A stretch of 63,868 nucleotides of DNA, filler included, from Malassezia furfur (Eukaryota): the NCBI GenBank assembly GCA_052055015.1. It is 3 parts of 3 records of this genome, joined end to end, with 100 filler letters (N's around TTAATTAATTAA, not from the genome) between each part and the next. Parts side by side here need not be neighbours in the genome. Positions count along the whole stretch, not along the records: positions 23,996 to 47,814 come from JBQJIT010000147.1; positions 47,915 to 63,868 come from JBQJIT010000254.1; 1 more part is not named here. The stretch is one strand, 5' to 3'. The first letter of the stretch is position 1, and every line of letters starts with the position of its first letter. The translations under genes and the position numbers were made by a program. Shown in pieces: positions 43,840-52,840 of the stretch. The notes beneath the pieces are model-generated. The model had not been told where the DNA came from, made no database searches, and worked only from the letters and a program-made list of their open reading frames with translations.

Positions 43840-45901
43840 TTATTGGGTATTGTCGCCGCGCCCTCGACGCGACATGGACCAGGCCTTGTGCTTGGACGAG
43901 AGGTAAGAGCCCAAGTTGCCCAACGCCGCGTAGCCCTGGGCCCCAGTCGCTTGGATCGCAGAGAGCGTCTCTTTTTTCCGCGTATCCCATGTAGCCGCAG
44001 TGGGTGTCGTACTCTGTTCTTCTTCAGTCTCGCCGGTCTCGGTGTCCTCGGAAGCGACCAATTCGGCACTGTTTCGCTGAGAACGCCCGGCTCGCGGGGT
44101 TTGCCAACCCGCATTTAGGCGCGCGAGGTCAGACCGCCACGAGCTCGCGACCTTGGATAGACCTGCACTGCCTGCTTGAAGTGCTGCGCCGATCGCTTCC
44201 CGCGTGGGCGCCAGACTTTCATCGATGCGAAGATCGTGTAGGCCCGCCGAGAGCCGTAGTGCCGCATCGGAAAGCACAGTAACTTTACCCGAGAAGGGGT
44301 GTTTGCATCCGATTAAGTCGCAGAGCGTATCATCGGTAAGAGCATTCCATTGCGAAAATACGCGTGTTTCGCGGAAAAGCTGGATCGCTTCGCGCCCATA
44401 CTGCGTGACGGGCGAGTTGGGATCCAACGGAGTGTCCGGCGCCCGAGGAGGTAGCTGTGCGGCATATTTCGCCGTAGCCAAAAAGCCAAAGACGTACTCC
44501 TCGAATCGTGCCCGCAGATAATCATCGCTCCCCTCATACTGCATCATGATCGGCTGAGCTGGGTCCCCCTCCTTCCAGGTTTCTTGCACAACGTGGATAA
44601 TTTGGTCCATCCAGCTGCGGTCGGCGGGCGTGAGTGAAACCGCACTACTCAGTTCTGGATCGTTGAAGTGGAGCTGCGTATGTTGCAGCTGTGGTCAGTC
44701 ATAAGGGCACATACATCGACAATCACATCGGGTTTGTGTGCTCGCTGCTGCTTAAAAATGCTGTTGGTTGTCCCGACGAGCCATGAATCGCTGGCGAGCA
44801 TGTCAATCTGCTGTAAGGGGCAGCACGGCTGAAAGAAAGCGCCCTCACTGAACAGAGGCAAGGGAAGACCCATGAAAGCGAGCAGACTGTGTCGATCCGA
44901 CATGCGGAGCGACTCGGCTTTGACTCTGCCTTGTGACAGAGATTTGAGCTCAGGGGAGGCTGCATCTTGAAGCGACGAAAGCAGCGCTGGTATAAGAGCC
45001 ACAAGGTTGTATTGCGTAGTGCATAGCTTCTCCACGGGATAGCCGAAAAAAAGAATCTTGCGTTGAAGCAAAACGAGTTTCACCAGCGAGAGCGCCTTAA
45101 AACGCCATCGATGTACAAACTCACGAATGGATGTGCCCATATACAGTGCTCCATCCATCGAATTGGGCCCTTCGTTTACGTCCTTGTTGGACGCCTGTCG
45201 CACCGTGGGCTCCAGCGTGTCGTAAAATTCTTCCAGTAGCTCAACATTGTTGAGATCGCGCTGGGCAAAATACGCGCGCGTCACCATTCCCAATTTTTCG
45301 CGGAGCGGACCAAAAATGGGCTGCGTAAGCGTATGCACGTACCTCTGTGGCGAGCACCACGACCGCTTTCTGCACCATGCTGCGCGTCACCTGAGCGCCC
45401 TTGTTAATCAGCTCATCGGATTGGATTTGGCGATTGCATGAAATGCCAAACAGAGTGCTTGGGTACAGCGAAGCGCACAGCATGTGGAAATAGCAGAAGT
45501 CCTCCTCAGACTGCGTCAGTGTGTTTGCGTACCAAGTGACTTCCGTCCGGGAGCGCCATGAAAGGAAGCCGGCTACACAATTCCTCATTTTCCATGAGCG
45601 AGTTTGGATACGTGTATTCGACTTGAGGTCCCACGAGGTGATTCTGTGTCAGTCATACACATACAAAATCGACAACACAAACGCCCAATATCGTCGAGGT
45701 GTTTAGCGCCGGCGATGGGGGTTGAGATGCACTAGTCCCCGCAACTCGTACGACTTCTTCTGCCGGAGATTTCGGCGGGACGGGCGCCGCTGGTATCGCT
45801 TCTGGGGAGATTTCAGATGCATTGAGATCAGTCTGTTCTGTCCCGTCTATTCTCATGGGAGTTTGAGCGCTCATACCTTCACGCTCTGCCGGTACGTCCA
45901 T
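43840..45901 (-). CDS. AVL9: Late secretory pathway protein Avl9 (DENN-related)
   Basis: VVDF|NH.VGP.VE, LPF.ALPDG.H, LFGISCNRQI, VTRS.VQKAVVV, PIFG.LREKL, LLQRKILFFGYPVE, LVGTTN, LT.ADR.W, YEGSDDYLR.RFEEY. Introns 45644-45664, 45511-45532, 45321-45342, 44689-44714. Alternative start 46045. Confidence 0.9.
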
Positions 45902-46008
45902 GGCCCGTTCCACCCCGCGGAACCACGCCAATGGAGGCAAGCTGAGGTTTTTAGTAAACCTACCAAAGTCCGACCTACCCCGCAACGCATTGCTCGTTGG
46001 TGAGGACA

Positions 46009-46665
46009 ATGGACGCCTCGAAAGCGCCTCACGGGGACAACTCATGGTCCTTACCGATGAGCATCAATGCGGATACTTCTACTATATTCTCGGAAACTAG
46101 CCTGTTTGTTGGTGAGAATGCGTCCCATTCCATCCTATCTCACCCGATGGAGAGCGTCGACACGCTCGTCACCGCGCAACCCGCCGAAACCAGTGTGTCG
46201 TCGTCCGGCCCTTTTCCACTCCGGTACGCTCAGTGTCTCATATGACAGTATACCCCGCCGTTTTAATGGAAAAGAAACGATTCGGTTTGACGATGAAGTT
46301 CCTCCGGCACTTGTTGGCAGAGTATGTCGTGCTACATGCTTATGCAGATTGACGAGCAGCGCTACAAGAACATTATAGCAACAATGAATGACATACTTGA
46401 AGATTCTGCAAGCCCCTACTACGGACTTATTGACAATGTGCTCACTAACATGACATTTCAACTATGGCCACTAGTTGTGGGCACACACCATCAAAGAGTA
46501 CGTGTACACCTCATAAAGTGCATGAAGCAATTTTACCGCGAATTGGACACGTTCCAACATGACATATTTACGCCAATGGGACTCTACGTGGTGCCGCCCG
46601 GCGACACGGCCTTCCTCTATCTGGAAGTGCGTGAAGCACGCAAGCCTAGTGACCAAGCATCCTAG
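46009..46665 (+). CDS. Golgin A7 / Erf4-family palmitoyltransferase accessory protein
   Basis: RIPR...F...VP..L.GRI....Y..II..MN.IL and P..TAFLYLE patterns after removing introns 46224-46248 and 46322-46347 (possible third, in-frame intron 46498-46518). 3' end uncertain. Confidence 0.65.
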
Positions 46666-46705
46666 ACGCTATATACCATTTGATACCTCCCATTCACCAT
46701 CGTTG

Positions 46706-46804
46706 GACCCATTGGTACAGTGGTTAGCACGTGGAGCTGTTAATACTGGTCGTGTGTACGACTACAAAACTCTAAGGTCGCTGGTTCGATTCCAGCATGG
46801 GTCG
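46706..46804 (+). tRNA. tRNA-Asn(GUU) with 26-nt intron (46743-46768)
   Basis: Cloverleaf GACCCAT/ATGGGTC, anticodon GTT at 46739-46741, T-arm GCTGG-TTCGATT-CCAGC, T7 terminator. Confidence 0.93.
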
Positions 46805-46940
46805 TTTTTTTCCAAAAATTTTGTCGGTTGTCTGAGCAGGTTTACCACCTTTTTTTTGGTCTCGCATTTCTTCGGCGCATCAGCGCAGAGGCACAATCTA
46901 GAGGGTACACAGCTACACAAGCACAGAGCTCCATCTACAT

Positions 46941-47814
46941 TCACTTGTGCTGCAGGTTAGCCTCATTCAATGCAACGTACCCGTCGGTATTCTGCGACAA
47001 GCATCGCGTGGTCGCGCTCGTACGGCTCCAGCGTGAGTTGCTCCCTAGGACGGAACGAGCTCTTCTTGAGCTTGTTGACCTCCTCGGCGAACACGGCCTC
47101 GGGCTGCGCAGTCGAGTCAATGCAGCTAGCCTTGATCGAAATCACCACAGCGCCGCCGTTCTTCAGGAAGTACTCGGCGTTGTAGGCAACGATACGCGCC
47201 TGGTCGGGCTGCGCAACGTCCGCAAAGATGACATCGACCGTGCCAACGAGCATACGGTATTTCGCAGGGTGACGCGCGTCCTCAATAATCGGGATCACGT
47301 TCGTACGCTTCTTGGCCATGTTAATCAGATCACGGCCTGACCGGTGCGAGAATTCGACCGCGTATACAATCCCCTCGGGACCCACAATGTCGGCGACGTG
47401 ACTCACACTAGTACCGCTCGCAGCACCCAGGTAGAGCACCTTGGCGCCCGGCTTGATGTGAATGTTGTCCAGACCGCCGAGAACACCGGCCGCCAGCTTG
47501 GAACGGAACGGATTCCACACACGGTATTCCACCTTGGCCACCGCCGGGTTCTCGTCAGTGCTCGGCGCCGCGTTGGGGTTCTCCACCGAGATGCGCTTCT
47601 CGCCGTAGACCGACTCGCCGGGCACCAGGTTCTTGGTCACCAGAAGGTGCTCCTTGCCCTCGGCGACAAACACACCGTCGTGGCGGTGCGGCTTAACCAT
47701 GACGTTCGAGCCGCCACCCTTGCCGCCGCGCGCACCACCGCGGCCACCGCCACGGCCGCCACCGCGACCGCCACGCGCACCGCGTGGTCGAGGCGCTTGG
47801 CCTGCGGCGCATTC
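46941..47814 (-). CDS. NOP1: Fibrillarin (rRNA 2'-O-methyltransferase); 5' end lost in the gap
   Basis: RGG/GAR stretch, [58 protein letters not shown]. Probable terminal 31-nt intron 46950-46980. Confidence 0.95.
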
Positions 47815-47914
47815 NNNNNNNNNNNNNNNNNNNNNNNNNNNNNNNNNNNNNNNNNNNNTTAATTAATTAANNNNNNNNNNNNNNNNNNNNNNNNNNNNNN
47901 NNNNNNNNNNNNNN
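47815..47914. other. Artificial scaffold linker / assembly gap
   Basis: N44-TTAATTAATTAA-N44. Confidence 0.98.
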
Positions 47915-47915
47915 T

Positions 47916-48485
47916 GCGGCTGCGCGCTGCGCAGCGACACCGCGTCGCCGAGCAGCACGTCGGGCGTGCCGAGCTGCGCGCTCAGGACGCGCGCCCACGC
48001 GACCTGCGCCACCGGGCGCACGGACGTGTGGAGGTGCGCCGCCGCGGCCTCGAGCGCCGCAAACGGGCGCTGCGCGACGTGCGTCGTGCGCTGCATCGTG
48101 CGCCGCGGCGGCGGGCGGCTATGCGGCGCACGAGCTGTATGCGCCGCGCAGCGCCGCGACGCATGGCTCGCGCTCCGACTCGACGGGCTCGCACCACTCC
48201 TATCCCTACCTGAGCGGGCGCGGCCGGCTGCACCCCGATGACGGCTCGAACCTGGGCCTGGATGACGAGGCGGCGACGGCGTCCTCGTCGTCGGTCGACA
48301 CGCACACGGATGCCGTGTCCGACTCGGTCGATGGCAAGACGATGGTGCACGGCGAAGAGGGCACGGGCATGCGCACCGCGCGCTCCTTCCGCTTCCCGGA
48401 GACGCGCGCGCACTCGCCCAAGCCCATGTCGTTCCCGTACCCCCATCGCACGCAGCCGTCGTCGCAGCTGCACGTCACCAACTAG
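47916..48485 (+). CDS. Possible C-terminal fragment of a low-complexity protein truncated by the gap
   Basis: Open frame from the gap to TAG at 48483-48485 (..HHSYPYLSG..RSFRFPETRAHSPKPMSFPYP..). A competing minus-strand ORF starts at 48096, so the strand is uncertain. Confidence 0.35.
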   Translation, partial: AAARCAATPRRRAARRACRAARSGRAPTRPAPPGARTCGGAPPRPRAPQTGAARRASCAASCAAAAGGYAAHELYAPRSAATHGSRSDSTGSHHSYPYLSGRGRLHPDDGSNLGLDDEAATASSSSVDTHTDAVSDSVDGKTMVHGEEGTGMRTARSFRFPETRAHSPKPMSFPYPHRTQPSSQLHVTN

Positions 48486-48622
48486 GCGTGTCGCATGCCG
48501 GCGACCGCGCTTGCATCGCTAGTTTTCCTTGTGTTATAGAGTTGTGGCTGTGTAGCTATCTAGGTAGACGCGCACCCGTGGCGTGCTTGCCATCCAAGAA
48601 GACGTTTGCTGAACAAGATTAG

Positions 48623-48872
48623 GGAGAAGGGGAAGAAAAGAGCAGTGGTAGCGCGGCTCGACGCAGCCCTCTGTGTCGTGGTGCGCCGCCGGACGCGCCA
48701 TGTTCTTGAACGTGGGGTGTCCTCGTAAGTGTGCGCCCCGCGGCTGAGCGCACAGTGCTCGCATATGCAGTGTAATGGAACGTGCAAGTCCCACCAAGCG
48801 GTGACCCCCTCACGTCTTCTTCGGAACGCACGACATAGCATGGCCCGTGCTTTCACTCTCCTACCCTTCTCC
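48623..48872 (-). ncRNA. Candidate structured non-coding RNA of unknown family
   Basis: Ends pair over ~17 bp, with G-U pairs favouring the minus strand. Nested stems 48674-80/48829-35 and 48710-17/48807-15; hairpin 48730-54. Lies in an unusually long intergenic gap. Confidence 0.45.
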
Positions 48873-48964
48873 ACAAACGAGCCAATTTCTTCGAAGAGTC
48901 CAGCTGCACGCGTCGACAGCACCCTACGCTCGGGTCCCCTCGTCGTACACTACGTAGCACCTCC

Positions 48965-50056
48965 CTACGCCTCCGCCGCGGCAATGTCTATATCCACCCA
49001 GTTCTCATAAGTCTCGCCGGCCCGAAGCACTGTGTCGGTGCCTGCAGCCTGCTGCAGCGGCGCGTGCAGAAACGTCGCGTGCGGCGCACTAAACTCCAAA
49101 AAGGCCGCGGCGCGCACATCCCCCTCAGCATCGTCTGTGCCCTTGCGCGCGACGTACAGCTGCACACCCGCCTGGTTCGTCGAAAACGCCAGGTCGATGC
49201 CTTCCAGACTCGTAAGCCTCGCGACCGGCTGGCGCGCCGGCGGACCCCACACGTAAAAATGGTCGTAGCCGCCTGCGGGAGCCTGCTGGCCGAGCGCCTT
49301 GGCCTGCGTCCAGTCGTGTGCGGCATCACATGCCTCAAGCGCACCGGTCGGCACGCCGCGCGCGTCGAGGGCGAGGCGCCGGTGCGGGAGCTCCAGCGCA
49401 AGCCGGTGCTGTGCAAGGTGTGCGTCGCCTTGCACCGTGTGCGCCGGGCGCACGTGGAAGCCCCAGTGCTGTGTGAGGTTGAGCGGCGTTGCGGCACACG
49501 CGTCCACGAGACGCGCGCGGTAGGCGACGTGGATACGGCACGCGTCGCGCGCGACGCCGGTGAGTGCCTCGATGCGGACGCGGCCGGGGTAGCCCTGGTT
49601 GCCCGCGGGCGACTCGAGCGCCATCACGACGTGGCTTTCCAGCGATGCCCAGTCCTCCGGTCCAAAAAACTGCGGCGCCGGCTCAACCGTCCACAAGGCG
49701 GTGTCGAGTGGCCCCGCCTGCTCGAGGGCGTCGTGCGGCGCGGCGGCCGGCGGCGGTCCACCATGGTGGCTAATACCGTCGCCCCCTGTGTCAGTGTGCC
49801 ACATACCCCAGGGCTGTGCATCGATCGCGACCTCGTCGGTGCGGAGCGGCCCGGCCGGCAGCCGGTTGGCGTACCGGCCGATGAGCGGCCCATAAAACGC
49901 GCGGTGCGTGCGGTGTGTCGCGGGGTCTGCGGGCCCCGCCAGCACGTCGTACTCGGCGTCTCCGTGGCGCACGCGGATGGCGTGCACGGTCATCCCATAG
50001 CGCAAGAGGTGCACCTCGAGGCGCCCACTGGCCCCACGCAGCACGACGTCGGCCAT
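48965..50056 (-). CDS. Aldose 1-epimerase / galactose mutarotase-like protein
   Basis: YGPLIGRYANR, HHGG, QGYPG, TPLNLTQHWGF, GYDHFY, F.TNQ.GVQLY, FLEF. Probable in-frame 21-nt intron 49786-49806. Confidence 0.85.
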   Translation of the reverse strand: MADVVLRGASGRLEVHLLRYGMTVHAIRVRHGDAEYDVLAGPADPATHRTHRAFYGPLIGRYANRLPAGPLRTDEVAIDAQPWGMWHTDTGGDGISHHGGPPPAAAPHDALEQAGPLDTALWTVEPAPQFFGPEDWASLESHVVMALESPAGNQGYPGRVRIEALTGVARDACRIHVAYRARLVDACAATPLNLTQHWGFHVRPAHTVQGDAHLAQHRLALELPHRRLALDARGVPTGALEACDAAHDWTQAKALGQQAPAGGYDHFYVWGPPARQPVARLTSLEGIDLAFSTNQAGVQLYVARKGTDDAEGDVRAAAFLEFSAPHATFLHAPLQQAAGTDTVLRAGETYENWVDIDIAAAEA

Positions 50057-50102
50057 CTGGAAGAACGCGCACGGGCCTGCCACGTGACCTTAACCTTCCA
50101 CC

Positions 50103-52419
50103 ATGGAGCCGGGGCTGCGTCGTCGGCCAGGCGTGCGGGCCGCGGACGCCGCGGCGGTGCCTGTGCCAGTGGAAGAGGTGAAGCGTGCGGTGCCGAGTGC
50201 ACAGCGCAAGCGCGGGTGGTTTGTGCCGATCGCGCTGTTCGTGTGTGCCTTCCTGGTGCGTGCGTGGCAGATCGCGAGCCCTGCGGAAGTCGTGTTTGAC
50301 GAGGTGCACTTTGGCAAGTTTGCCGCGTACTACGTGACGCGCCGCGTACGTCGACGAGCTTACGCAGTACTTTTTCGACGTGCACCCGCCGCTGGCGAAG
50401 CTGATTGTCGCGCTCGGCGCGTGGCTCGCGGGGTTTGACGGGAGCTTTGAGTTTGACATGATCGGCGACAAGTACGCCGGGACCACGGTGCCGTTCCGCG
50501 AGATGCGCGGCTACATTGCGGTGATCGGCGCGCTGCCCGTGCCGCTCGTGTATGAGATCCTGCGCGAGACGGGCGCGCGGGGGACGACGGCCGTGCTGTG
50601 TGCGCTGCTCGTCATGCTCGACAATGCGCACGTCGCGCAGACGCGCCTGATCCTGCTCGACGCGCCGCTGATCGTGTTTATGCTGCTGAGCCTGTACTGC
50701 TACATCCGCTTCTACGGCGAGCGCTACCGCGACTTTTCCGCGGCGTGGTGGGGCTGGCTCGCGGCGACGGGCGTGTCGCTTGCGCTGACCGTGTCGTGCA
50801 AGCTGATCGGCGTGTTTGCGTTCCTGACGATCGGCGGCGCGGTCGTGTGGGACCTGTGGAACGTGCTCGACATCCGGCGCGGCGTGCCGCTGCGCAAGGT
50901 CGCGAAGCATTTCTGCGCACGTGCGCTGCTGCTGATCGTCCTGCCGATCGGGGTGTACTTGGCGTGGTTCTGGGTGCACTTTGCGCTGCTGACGCACTCG
51001 GGCCCCGGCGACGAGTTCATGAGCGCCGAGTTCCAGCAGACGCTCATCGGCAACGAGCTGCTCGAGCACTCGATCGAGCTGCACGCGTTCGACGCCATCA
51101 CGCTCAAGCACCGCGGCACGAACGTCTTCCTGCACTCGCACCCCGAGCACTACCCGCACAAGTACGACGACGGGCGCATCTCGAGCGACGGGCAGCAGGT
51201 CACGGGCTACCCGCACCAGGACGCGAACAACTTCTGGAAGATTGTGCCCGTCGGCCCCGTGGACAACGCGGACGGCTCCTTCAACGTGACGAAGCGGCAC
51301 CTCTTCCACAAGCAGCACATCCGCCTCCTGCACGAGACCACGCAGTCGTACCTCATGTCGCACGACGTCGCGGCGCCGCTCATGCCGACGAACGAGGAGA
51401 TCACGACGCTCCCCGTCGACGAGCTGCACGCCGACGAGGAAAACGAGCAGAACACGCTCTGGGAGCTGCACATCAACGGCGGCATCGACGGCGAGACGAC
51501 GTGGAGCAGCCGGCGCTCGTGGGTGCGCCTCATCCACGTCCCGACCCGCGTCGCGGTGTGGACGAACCCCACCGGCGAGCTGCCCGACTGGGCCTTCCAC
51601 CAGCAGGAGGTGAACGGCAACAAGAACGCGCTCGACAAGACCGCCGTGTGGGTTGTTGACGAGGTGCGCGTCGACCCCACGTCGCCGATGCACGCCGTGC
51701 GCGCGCAGCCGCAGCCGCCCCGGCCGCTGCAGACGCGCGCGTTTTTGGACAAGTTTGTCGAGCTGCAGGCGACGATGCTCGACCAGAACAACAAGCTCAC
51801 GCAGTCGCACCCGTACGCGTCGCGCCCGATCGTGTGGCCCTTCCTGCTGCACGGCGTGTCGTACTGGTCGAACGACGAGGCGCGCCGCCAGATCTTCTTT
51901 GTCGGCAATCCGGCCACGTGGTGGAGCGGCGTCCTCGCCGTGAGCATCTTTAGTATGCTCTTCCTCACCGACCTCGTGCTCCGCCGCCGCGGCATCTACC
52001 AGATCCCGTACGCGGTGCGCCAGCGCGCGCTGCGCACCACGGGCTTCTTTGCGTACGCGTGGGCGTGCCACTACCTCCCCTTCTTCCTCATGGGGCGCCA
52101 GCTGTTCCTGCACCACTACCTCCCCGCGCACATCTGCGCGGTGCTCGTGCTCGGCGGCATGCTCGACTTCCTCACCTCGGACACGATCGACTACCCGCTC
52201 AACGCCGGCGGGCCGTCGCTCACGCCCGACCGCGTCCGGGGGCGCATGCGCCGCGACGCTTCGCACGTGCAGCGCATCGTCGCCCTCCTGCTTGCTGTGG
52301 CGACCGCCGCGCTGTTCGTGTACCTTGCGCCGCTCACGTACGGGCACGTCTCGCTCACGCCCGAGCAGGTGCTCGCGCGCAAGCTCGTGCCCGAGTGGCA
52401 GCTGCACTATGTCAAGTAG
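50103..52419 (+). CDS. PMT4: Dolichyl-phosphate-mannose protein O-mannosyltransferase (PMT4 subfamily)
   Basis: VVFDEVHFGKFA.YY..|YFFDVHPP (22-nt intron 50346-50367), RLILLD, SGPGD.FMS, MIR domains (LHSH, QQVTGYPH.D.NN), HPY.S.P..WP, RQLFLHHYLP. Confidence 0.88.
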
Positions 52420-52800
52420 CTACGTAGCCGGCGACGCCGCCGCGCCGTGTGCCCACGACGACAGCCGCGCGAGCGCCTCGGTGCACGCCGCGGCGTGCAT
52501 CTGCACCTCGCCGAACGACGCACGCTGCACGCGCGCCGCGAGCGACGCCTGCGCCGCGTCGACGGCGGCGCACAGCGCCGCGCGCTGCGTGCCGGAGAGC
52601 GTCACCGCCGGCGTGTCGGCGAGCACGTCGGCGAGCGCCTGCGCGGCCATGCGCTGCACCTTGAACGTGCGGTCGGGCAGCGCGCCCACCAGTGCATCGA
52701 CGCCGCGCGCCGCCGCGGCCGCCCACGTGCACGTGATGCTGCACGCCGGCCGCGTGCACAGACCGCCCAGATCAGGACACGATGCACGCGCGCGCGCCAT
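52420..52800 (-). CDS. Hypothetical helical protein (126 aa)
   Basis: ORF fills the space between the PMT4 stop and the next divergent start. Ala/Leu-rich HEAT-like segment LVGALPDRTFKVQRMAAQALADVL. Confidence 0.45.
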   Translation of the reverse strand: MARARASCPDLGGLCTRPACSITCTWAAAAARGVDALVGALPDRTFKVQRMAAQALADVLADTPAVTLSGTQRAALCAAVDAAQASLAARVQRASFGEVQMHAAACTEALARLSSWAHGAAASPAT

Positions 52801-52840
52801 ATAAGCGTAGGCGGCCGCCGCCGTCGCAGCGACACACGGC

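Noticed and set aside
42000..47300. Lower-GC stretch (WRS1-LSM2-AVL9-ERF4-like) as foreign DNA
   Set aside because: Contains core eukaryotic genes with native micro-introns; more likely regional compositional drift.
23896..47914. Palindromic TTAATTAATTAA motif occurring twice, flanked by Ns
   Set aside because: Standard six-frame-stop linker inserted between contigs; not biological. Gene adjacency across it is not evidence of clustering.
48619..48624. Single TTAGGG hexamers (here and near 63754) as telomere or telomerase-template signal
   Set aside because: One hexamer is expected by chance, and the organism's telomere repeat is unknown from this window.
2794..52407. Very long antisense or alternate-frame ORFs (e.g. 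2794-4770 +, 13957-15990 -, 32339-34204 +, 49990-52407 -)
   Set aside because: Shadow ORFs expected from high GC3 codon bias opposite real genes; no recognisable motifs.
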